Below are positions 25,441-32,000 of a stretch of 32,000 bases of DNA, piece after piece. The DNA is taken from the NCBI GenBank assembly GCA_964480775.1, contig CAYZRF010000008.1, positions 36,642 through 68,641 on the forward strand, written 5' to 3'. Each line of letters opens with the position of its first letter. Within the stretch, counting starts at the first letter, position 1. Origin of the DNA: an uncultured Nitrososphaerota archaeon. GTDB taxonomy: Archaea; Korarchaeota; Korarchaeia; Korarchaeales; Korarchaeaceae. The notes under the pieces are model-generated. The model ran no database searches. It was given only the letters and a program-made list of their open reading frames with translations, and was not told the DNA's origin. Made by a program: the position numbers and the translations under genes.

Positions 25441-25926
25441 ATGTCTATAGAGTATAAAGTCAAGATATGTGCTATTTTGCACATAATTTCTGTATTTGCC
25501 TCCTTTATCTTCGTTTTTCTCCCTTTAGGCATAATAGTTGATGGTGATGGACCCGTAGAGGTGTTTTTTGGAGATGCAATGAGATATATCGAAGCTGAAA
25601 TGTGGTTACTCAAGTATGTTTATTGTCTTGGATTTGGAATATTGATTCAGCTCAACGTCCTCATGTTTTTTGCTGTTTGCAGAAAAGACCTTCTTTTACC
25701 AGAGAGAAAAAAGGATTTGTTCGTTTCTTCGATAGTAATGCTCTTTGGAACTTCTTTGATAACCTACATTGGAATTGAGGCAAAAAAGATAATTAGAGGA
25801 GTGGTCTGGCATCTCTTAAACAGAGGCCCGAGCACGATTTCGGTAAGAATAGGAAGTGGGGGGCTTATCGCCTTATTACCTGGCGCTTGTAGTATAGCAG
25901 CATTGTTAATATCTCGAATTGATTAA
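25441..25926 (+). CDS. hypothetical membrane protein (about 5 TM)
   Basis: The track ORF begins at 25339 inside the primase gene; the ATG at 25441 (MSIEYKVKICAILHIISVFASFIFVFL) avoids that overlap. No family recognised. Confidence 0.45.
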   Translation: MSIEYKVKICAILHIISVFASFIFVFLPLGIIVDGDGPVEVFFGDAMRYIEAEMWLLKYVYCLGFGILIQLNVLMFFAVCRKDLLLPERKKDLFVSSIVMLFGTSLITYIGIEAKKIIRGVVWHLLNRGPSTISVRIGSGGLIALLPGACSIAALLISRID

Positions 25927-25950
25927 TTCATTGCCTAGCACAAGCAGTCT

Positions 25951-27360
25951 TTATCTTATAGACTCTGGATGCCACTTCTTTTGGATTCTTAGCCTATCAG
26001 CCACGCCTTTTTCCTCTAAGTATTTGAGGATCCTCTTCTTTTCCGTGTGTTTTATTGGGAACTCTTCCTCATTTGCTATTCTTATAAGGAATTGGCTTAG
26101 AACAAGCGATGCTTCCTTTAGCGCCCTAGGATCCACTTTATCAACAGTATCAGCCGGTGTATGGCCCCAACCTCTTCCCATTGACCTTACTAAAGGTTCC
26201 AGCATGGGATCTGGAACGCTCTCAAGGGAAGCCGCGGGTACCCCCTCTAGATAGAAGGGCCAATGGTCAGAAGCCGTGCTTAATGTAGTTTTCACCTTCA
26301 TGGGATAGCCTATCTCGTCTGCAATTTTCTGCAAGTAGGGAACGAGTTCTTCTGGACCGTGAACCTCAAAGTTCTGTCTGATAAACCTTCCTCCCCCATC
26401 TACATTTATCATCATGTTGAAGCGGGGTATCTCATCTTTATGTTGATCAACGTAACACGTGGACCCCGTAACGCCAAGTTCTTCAGCCCCAAATGCAATA
26501 AACCTTATTGTACGCTTAAACGATCCTTTGTGCTTTGCTAGAGCCCTTGCCACTTCCATTATGCTTACAACGCCCGAACAATTGTCAAGAGCACCTTGTG
26601 ATATGTCATGTCCGTCGTAGTGACCTCCAAGAATCACTACATTGTCTGGATACTTGCTTCCGACGATTTCCCCCACAACATTCCAAGAGGTAGCATCCGG
26701 CACAATCTGGCTCTCGTTGTACATCCTGACCCTTAGTCTCCTACCCTTCATGTTACGGATTATGAACTCTCCATCCTCCTTTGAGATCCCTATTGCTGGT
26801 ATCTCACCAGCCATCCGGTAGGCTGGTCTTAAGGATCCAGTTGGAGGCAGCTTCCCAGGGTTATGATTCATAAAGATGAAGCCTATGGCTCCAAACTCAA
26901 CCGCATACCCGTACTTTGTCCTTCTGTGGTATCTCTTCCCATCTGGAGATGCTGCACTAGAACAAAGTACGATCTTTCCCTCTATCTCGTCTTTCTTCGC
27001 CTTGAACTCATCCGGACTTCCAGAGCCCAGGTAAACTACTTCTCCTTCCAAGCCTTCCTTTGGGGTTGGAGGCGAAAGAACAAGGGATATTACCGGTATT
27101 TTCTTCTCAAACGGTTCTAAAACCTCCAAGGATGCCTTGCCCCTCTTCCATCCAAAATACTTGAAAGGCTCCACTCTGACGTTTTCTAAACCGTATTCCT
27201 CGAACTTCTTCTCAATGAAGTCTCTAGCTAGCTTTTCCTCTTCTGTAAATGCGAAACGGCTGCCAAAGCGATCGCACATTATAACTAAATTCTTGTATGC
27301 CTCAAAATTGCACCAGATATCTCCAACAACTTCTTCCTCAAGTGATGCCAAGTACTTCAC
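25951..27360 (-). CDS. M28-family Zn aminopeptidase with inserted PA (protease-associated) domain
   Basis: 469 aa. GHYDGHDISQGALDNCSGV, FGAEELG and DHWPF metal/catalytic blocks, plus a PA-like insert (KIVLCSSAASPDG...). No signal peptide is evident. Confidence 0.82.
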   Translation of the reverse strand: MKYLASLEEEVVGDIWCNFEAYKNLVIMCDRFGSRFAFTEEEKLARDFIEKKFEEYGLENVRVEPFKYFGWKRGKASLEVLEPFEKKIPVISLVLSPPTPKEGLEGEVVYLGSGSPDEFKAKKDEIEGKIVLCSSAASPDGKRYHRRTKYGYAVEFGAIGFIFMNHNPGKLPPTGSLRPAYRMAGEIPAIGISKEDGEFIIRNMKGRRLRVRMYNESQIVPDATSWNVVGEIVGSKYPDNVVILGGHYDGHDISQGALDNCSGVVSIMEVARALAKHKGSFKRTIRFIAFGAEELGVTGSTCYVDQHKDEIPRFNMMINVDGGGRFIRQNFEVHGPEELVPYLQKIADEIGYPMKVKTTLSTASDHWPFYLEGVPAASLESVPDPMLEPLVRSMGRGWGHTPADTVDKVDPRALKEASLVLSQFLIRIANEEEFPIKHTEKKRILKYLEEKGVADRLRIQKKWHPESIR

Positions 27361-27515
27361 CTGAGCAGAACCTATTGGACTAACTTAAGATATTTGAGTA
27401 TGGTAAAGAAAGCCTTCTAAACAGTTAAATCATGCAAGATAGACACGACGACTTAATAGAGGGCCGTTCATTTCTCTGTTAGTCTAGTTAAAGCAGGGCT
27501 CTGCATGTTGCTCTT

Positions 27516-27567
27516 AAGTCCCTAATATTAAAAGTGATCTGAGCTTCGATGGACCTGCGAGGGACTT
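27516..27567 (+). promoter_or_regulatory. 8-bp inverted repeat AAGTCCCT ... AGGGACTT whose 3' arm covers the purine-rich RBS region of lplA
   Basis: Arms at 27516-27523 and 27560-27567, read directly. The ATG is at 27569. Confidence 0.25.
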
Positions 27568-27568
27568 C

Positions 27569-28417
27569 ATGATAAGAGTTCTTGACTTAGAATATCCAGA
27601 GCATCCCTATCTGAATCTCGCTCTTGAGGAGGCCATCGCCTTGGCTGTAGGAAAAAGAGTTATTCCTGAAACCCTTAGGTTTTGGAGGAATGCTAATGCC
27701 ATTGTAATTGGCAGATTTCAATGCCCTAGTCTTGAGGTAAATCTCGAGGAGTGTATCAGTTACAAAGTCAGGGTAGAAAGGAGGTTTACGGGAGGAGGAG
27801 CTGTATACCATGATCTTGGAAACCTGAACTTCGCCTTGACTTTAAGGAGAAACAATCCTTTAATAGGAGAGAAGCTATTTGGGGGGTTTGAACTCCTTGG
27901 AAAGGCAGTTGAATTTGGCCTTAGGAGTTTAGGCGTTAAAGACGTGCACTTTAAGCCTGTTAACAGCGTTTTGATAGGAAAGAAAAAGGTTTCTGGAATG
28001 TCTGGGCTTATTGCAAAGGAGTTCATATTCGTCCACGGCTCAATACTAGTAAGTTCAGATCTAGAATTGCTTGATCGAGTTCTAAAAGTTCCTTACTATG
28101 ATCGAAAGGAAAAGTTCGTCCATTCTAAGCGGCACGAAGTAACAACCATCGAAAAGGCGCTTAAAAGGGATGTGGAGCTAGAGGAGATTAAGAGAGCGAT
28201 AATAGAGGGTTTGAGGAAGGTGCTGGGTTATGAGTTCCGGGAAAAAAGCATAATGGCCTTTGAAAGAACGCTTGCTAGAAACCTTTACAATGAGAAATAC
28301 TCCAAACTGGAGTGGAGCTTGGGCCCTTGCACCATGTGTCCGAGGAAGAGGATAGATGAGATCATATTCAGAGAGCTAACGCTAAATAAAATCCATCGGG
28401 CTGATGAACTATTCTAG
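27569..28417 (+). CDS. lplA: lipoate-protein ligase A-type (BPL/LPL catalytic domain)
   Basis: 282 aa. LRFWRN...VIGRFQ, RRFTGGGAVYHDLGNLNFAL and the catalytic-lysine block GKKKVSGMSG. Confidence 0.8.
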   Translation: MIRVLDLEYPEHPYLNLALEEAIALAVGKRVIPETLRFWRNANAIVIGRFQCPSLEVNLEECISYKVRVERRFTGGGAVYHDLGNLNFALTLRRNNPLIGEKLFGGFELLGKAVEFGLRSLGVKDVHFKPVNSVLIGKKKVSGMSGLIAKEFIFVHGSILVSSDLELLDRVLKVPYYDRKEKFVHSKRHEVTTIEKALKRDVELEEIKRAIIEGLRKVLGYEFREKSIMAFERTLARNLYNEKYSKLEWSLGPCTMCPRKRIDEIIFRELTLNKIHRADELF

Positions 28418-28464
28418 ATAGCTGCAAAGTATAATTCTGAAGCTCTGATTATATAGGAATTCGC

Positions 28465-28812
28465 CTAGCCATCTATTATTTCAAGTACGATCCTTCCAAG
28501 CCTAGATAACCTTGCAGAGCGCCTCCCATTTAGCTCACCTACATATATCAAGCCCAGATTCCTTAGGACTTTGGCATTAAGTTTAAGCGTCGACAATGGG
28601 ACATTTTTTGTCTCTGAAATCTCGATTAGGACAGAAGTGAGGCTCCTATCGAAGTTAAAGGCTAACTCTCTCAGAATTAATAACTGATTCTTATTTAAGG
28701 ATCTCAGTAAAAGAGGCTTTAATTCGTGGGCATCTACGCCCAGAACAGATATTGGCGGTCCATAATCAACTCCCTTGATATTCTGTATCGTCACGGATAA
28801 TAAGATCCTCAA
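28465..28812 (-). CDS. winged-helix transcriptional regulator (ArsR/TrmB-like)
   Basis: 115 aa with no internal Met; TTG (28812) or GTG start. QLLILRELAFNFDRSLTSVLIEISETKNVPLSTLKLNAKVLRNLGLIYV is an HTH-plus-wing pattern. Confidence 0.5.
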   Translation of the reverse strand: MRILLSVTIQNIKGVDYGPPISVLGVDAHELKPLLLRSLNKNQLLILRELAFNFDRSLTSVLIEISETKNVPLSTLKLNAKVLRNLGLIYVGELNGRRSARLSRLGRIVLEIIDG

Positions 28813-29150
28813 TTATAAGTCTTGTGGACAGGTAAGCTTGTCCAAAACCTTTGAAAGCCCTATCATCAATTTTTACTACTAAAAAGGTCCACAGCAAATT
28901 ATTTCGCGAAAACACACATGAATGTAAGTTGAGTTAAAAGTAGATACCGCGCGTGGTTATAACAGCTCTGAGAACCTAAGAAAAATTTATTTCACTAAGA
29001 TATTATTCATACGAAAACCTGTATGCTCAGGCTTTTTATTATATTGATGAACGAAATAGGCGACCAGTGCTATGGCTATAACCAAAATTTTCATCTCTGA
29101 AAATATATCAAAAGCAGTAAAGGTGAACAGTTTAATTATTTTCACTCATT

Positions 29151-30482
29151 TTACAGATACCTAATATTTTTGAATATTTTGTCGACTCTTTTCCTGCCAT
29201 CTTCAGTTAAAGTGAAGTTTTTTCCATTTTTAGTTATAAATTTCTCCTCAATTAAATATTTGATTATGTTATCGAATTCTTTCTCGAAATTTATGTCTAT
29301 TGAGGGTCTAAATCTAAACTCGCTTAGGATATAGGTGTATTTTGGTTTGAAGCTTCTTTTCAATGATTTGATTAATTCTTCTTTTGTGGTTAAGTTGTCC
29401 TCTTTTATAGAATAGAGTATCCATGCTCTAAACGTCTCTAGTCTACTTAAGTGCCTATGTCTTTCAAGCGGCATTTTATATTTGGAGAAGTCTATTTCTT
29501 CTCCTTTGGCTGAAGATAGCACTTCTTTTGATAGCCTGAATCCATCTATAAGAATTCTGCTTGCTACGAATGTACCGATCAGAGCATCAACAAAGTGTAT
29601 TCCAAATATTGAGAATATAGCACTTATAATAACGGCGCCAGCAACATAAACATGGTTTTTAGAGTCAATTGACTGAGAGATTAACACTAGACTTCCATTG
29701 TTTTTCCCTACGTAGCGTTGATAAAAATGTAGGATGATTGCTGTTATAAGTGCTATTCCTTCAACTATGATAACTAAGCATGGCATTAATATCGGTTGCG
29801 TGGTCGCAGTAATGGTTTCTATAATCTTGGTTATTGATTCGTATCCAACACTGGAGGCGGTTATAAACATCATTAAAATGATAATTAAGGTTCCTGCAAG
29901 TTCTTTTTTGAACTTTATCCCAGCCCATACAACTGAAGCCGAAACAGTATCTATGGCAGCGTCTGCACCATCTGCAATTAAGCTGACACTATTGCTAAAG
30001 AATCCGGCTAAGAGTTTCATTATAGCCAGAAAGAAGTCAGCAATAACTGTGTTTCTTGCAGCCGCCGTCGGACTTAGGTACTGGCTTCTAATCGAAGTCA
30101 ATGCTCTTTTCATTTCTCTTGCACTTTTTTCAGCCTCTTCCACTCCATTCTCTGTTAATTCATACTTTTTTTCTTCATTTAGCCTAAGAATCCCTTTCTC
30201 AATTAGATGTTTACACTCCAGCTGAACGTTGATTTGCTGCTCATGCTTTTCGCGCCATTTCTTCATCTTCGCAGAATAATCTTCCCGGGGTCGATAACCC
30301 AGCCAAGATAGAAAACTGGTCAGCTTTTTTTGCACTACTGCATGTAAGCTATATCCGAATCCGTGAAAATGGTAGACAAAGATAAAAGTTCTTTCTTCTA
30401 ATTCTTTTAGATTTAGGGGACCTTCCTTCAGTAGAACCATTAGAATAAATCTTGAAAAACTTGCACGCTCGTGTTTTCTCAT
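29151..30482 (-). CDS. fusion protein: PadR-like winged helix, 6-TM cation-diffusion-facilitator (CDF)-type domain, then a second winged helix replacing the usual CDF cytoplasmic domain
   Basis: 443 aa. N-terminus SRFILMVLLKEGPLNLKELEE...LIEKGILRLNEEKKYELTENG (PadR pattern). Middle FFLAIMKLLAGFFSNSVSLIADGADAAIDT (CDF TM1-TM2 with DxxxD) and SIDSKNHVYVAGA (TM5). C-terminus IIKYLIEEKFITKNGKNFTLTEDGRKRV (wHTH wing). Confidence 0.62.
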   Translation of the reverse strand: MRKHERASFSRFILMVLLKEGPLNLKELEERTFIFVYHFHGFGYSLHAVVQKKLTSFLSWLGYRPREDYSAKMKKWREKHEQQINVQLECKHLIEKGILRLNEEKKYELTENGVEEAEKSAREMKRALTSIRSQYLSPTAAARNTVIADFFLAIMKLLAGFFSNSVSLIADGADAAIDTVSASVVWAGIKFKKELAGTLIIILMMFITASSVGYESITKIIETITATTQPILMPCLVIIVEGIALITAIILHFYQRYVGKNNGSLVLISQSIDSKNHVYVAGAVIISAIFSIFGIHFVDALIGTFVASRILIDGFRLSKEVLSSAKGEEIDFSKYKMPLERHRHLSRLETFRAWILYSIKEDNLTTKEELIKSLKRSFKPKYTYILSEFRFRPSIDINFEKEFDNIIKYLIEEKFITKNGKNFTLTEDGRKRVDKIFKNIRYL

Positions 30483-30505
30483 CTAATTCGCATACCGTAG
30501 AATTT

Positions 30506-31093
30506 CTATACTTTATTGAATTTAAAGATTCTATTTTTCCTTTCTATGAATGAGAAAAGCTTGCTTCGGGTTACAACGTTTATTAATTGTTTTCCTGACC
30601 ACCACGATTTTTGAACAGACAAAATTCCCTTTGCCTTTAAAACACGATGCATCTCCCGCATGACAGCATCCACATCTTCTAAGGCATGAATAACACCGAA
30701 AAGAAAGGCTAAATCGACACTTTCATCTGGCAAACCTGTTTTAGCAGCGTCCGCAAATAAAATCTTGACGTTATCTAGGCCTTCTTTCTCAACCTTACGT
30801 TGAACAGTCTCAACGGCGAAGGGATTAACATCAAGCGCGTAAACCACTCCTTCAGCTCCCACAATTTTCGCTGCGGGGATCGTGAAAAAGCCGGGTCCAC
30901 AGCCAACTTCCAACACTTTTTGCCCGGGCTTTAGCCCAGCCGCATCTAGGAGCTTATAGGGATTCACAAATATCCCATAGAGAGTGTCATGAACAAACGA
31001 TATTATTTTGAAATGCAACTTCTCATACATGGACATTTCCTTCGCACCTAACCCATACTCACCGTTAGTTGAGGTTTCTTCCGATAAAGACAA
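30506..31093 (-). CDS. class I SAM-dependent methyltransferase (Methyltransf_11/25-like)
   Basis: 195 aa. VLEVGCGPGFF (motif I), VYALDVNP (motif II) and DLAFLFGVIHAL...LKAKGIL. Confidence 0.8.
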   Translation of the reverse strand: MSLSEETSTNGEYGLGAKEMSMYEKLHFKIISFVHDTLYGIFVNPYKLLDAAGLKPGQKVLEVGCGPGFFTIPAAKIVGAEGVVYALDVNPFAVETVQRKVEKEGLDNVKILFADAAKTGLPDESVDLAFLFGVIHALEDVDAVMREMHRVLKAKGILSVQKSWWSGKQLINVVTRSKLFSFIERKNRIFKFNKV

Positions 31094-31111
31094 CTTTTCG
31101 GCTTTTTCATA

Positions 31112-31540
31112 TTAGTCTACTCCTATTATGAATCCCCAGAATAATGGACTAACGAACATTGCTAGAAGAACTAGACTCCAGAGCCTTCCCTTAAAAATAT
31201 TGTAGTCTGCAAGCAAGTACTCCCAAGAATGCCCCATAACATAATGGCCGAAGCCAAACTCGAATACGACAGTTAAAGTTAACCAAAGAGTTCCTATAAG
31301 AAGAAAATCGATTTTTGTTGCGCTCACTTTTATGTAATCGACAAAAAAATACGTTATAATTAGAGTGTAGCCAATTGCAATTACTGAACTGATGGCGTGG
31401 CCAAGATTATCGCCAAGCTTTGGTTTGTAGAGTGCTTCCCTAATTCCCGCATTTATTATGGCCAATACAAGAAGAAGCAGCCAAATTCCCAAAGAGTACA
31501 AGAGGACTTTAGTCTCCAACTTTAATGCCTCTAAGTTCAC
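31112..31540 (-). CDS. conserved-looking 4-TM membrane protein of unknown function
   Basis: 142 aa. WLTLTVVFEFGFGHYVMGHSWEYLLADYNIFKGRLW looks like a conserved DUF core. It lies 18 nt upstream of the methyltransferase. Confidence 0.55.
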   Translation of the reverse strand: MNLEALKLETKVLLYSLGIWLLLLVLAIINAGIREALYKPKLGDNLGHAISSVIAIGYTLIITYFFVDYIKVSATKIDFLLIGTLWLTLTVVFEFGFGHYVMGHSWEYLLADYNIFKGRLWSLVLLAMFVSPLFWGFIIGVD

Positions 31541-31561
31541 TTCCTAATTTCCTTCTAATAT

Positions 31562-31750
31562 TTAAGGGGTTTCTCTTTTATGTTTAGAATACCAATTAAC
31601 GAAAATAATCCAATATAGGAAAAGCAGCGCAACGATCGAAACCCAATTGAATTCCTCTAAAACTGCTCTTGGCAATGTTATAAGATAAGCGATAACAAAA
31701 ATTGTTACTATTGCCGAAACTATTCCAATAGTTATCTTAATTTTTTCCAT
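31562..31750 (-). CDS. small 2-TM membrane protein
   Basis: 62 aa with two hydrophobic helices. It lies 21 nt upstream of the 142-aa membrane protein on the same strand. Confidence 0.4.
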   Translation of the reverse strand: MEKIKITIGIVSAIVTIFVIAYLITLPRAVLEEFNWVSIVALLFLYWIIFVNWYSKHKRETP

Positions 31751-31863
31751 CCCATTTCCCGCCAGTTTATGTTTTTATTATTTATTAAAATATCGTGCTA
31801 GTAATCGGCTTCGGGAGACCTGAAATAAAAAGATATAAAAAGAGGTTATGACTAACTATCGAT

Positions 31864-32000
31864 ATGAGTAATAAAACAGAGGGTATAATTGCCATCTTAG
31901 CAGCTTTCTTCGTGTTGCTTTCAGCAATGCTTGACCCAAAAATTTCTGCGGGATTGGCTATTGTTTTCCTTGTCGTATTGGCTACATACAAATTATATCA
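31864..32000 (+). CDS. hypothetical membrane protein, 5' fragment running off the window
   Basis: Not in the track because it has no stop in the window. My translation is MSNKTEGIIAILAAFFVLLSAMLDPKISAGLAIVFLVVLATYKLY..., which looks far more protein-like than the overlapping minus-strand ORF 31785..31991. Confidence 0.35.
   Translation, partial: MSNKTEGIIAILAAFFVLLSAMLDPKISAGLAIVFLVVLATYKLY

Noticed and set aside
29040-29105. Possible C/D-box sRNA on the plus strand: TTGATGA at 29044-29050 and CTGA at 29097-29100, 57 nt apart, flanked by TATAT/ATATA that could form a terminal stem
   Set aside because: I could not find convincing internal D' and C' boxes. The spacer to the D box is too long for the usual guide of about 12 nt. 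The region is so AT-rich that the flanking stem is expected by chance. It would need snoscan-type scoring and rRNA target matching.
31785-31991. 68-aa minus-strand ORF at the window end
   Set aside because: The overlapping plus-strand frame starting at 31864 gives a much more convincing membrane-protein N-terminus. The minus-strand product looks random.
1-32000. Scan for tRNA T-loop signatures (GGTTCGAATCC/GGTTCAAATCC-like), rRNA, CRISPR repeat arrays, and transposase, integrase or terminal inverted repeats
   Set aside because: None was found by eye. There are no regularly spaced repeats anywhere, no T-loop consensus and no recombinase-like ORF. An eye scan cannot exclude short or degenerate elements.

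Overview
The window is densely coded (roughly 90%) and looks like archaeal chromosome. The archaeal call is an inference from an archaeo-eukaryotic primase catalytic subunit, BRE/TATA-like boxes about 25-30 nt upstream of several starts, GGTGAT/GGAGG ribosome-binding sites, oligo-T terminators, and many small winged-helix regulators. I found no rRNA, tRNA, CRISPR array, transposase or integrase.

Recognisable content:
- **Protease pair:** TldD/PmbA.
- **Oxygen defence:** a flavodiiron protein.
- **Peptide and D-amino-acid salvage:** an amidohydrolase, an M29 aminopeptidase, a D-aminoacylase and a GNAT, plus an M28/PA aminopeptidase further along.
- **Purine metabolism:** a Bateman-less IMP dehydrogenase convergently overlapping a full-length GMP synthase.
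- **Other enzymes:** two tandem Zn-alcohol-dehydrogenase paralogues, a lipoate-protein ligase and a SAM methyltransferase.
- **Membrane proteins:** many, mostly uncharacterised.

Most unusual items:
1. **Metal-type operon (10696-12336, minus strand).** It is translationally coupled and encodes a DUF4405-like protein, a His/Cys/Glu-rich OB-fold protein, a CxxHxxC membrane protein and a mini wHTH regulator. It carries two independent -1 frame breaks. I saw no other frame breaks in the window.
2. **Primase-like protein.** It has no Zn knuckle, a long basic/helical C-terminal extension and no PriL neighbour. It sits just upstream of a CPBP/Abi-like membrane protein that appears to lack the catalytic motifs.
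3. **CDF-type transmembrane domain between two winged-helix domains.** It lies in an AT-rich, compositionally mosaic four-gene block.
4. **An orphan 447-aa metallo-beta-lactamase-fold protein.**

Two edge-truncated CDSs are missing from the ORF track: 1-791 (minus strand) and 31864-32000 (plus strand). All family assignments rest on motifs I read by eye. No database search was possible.
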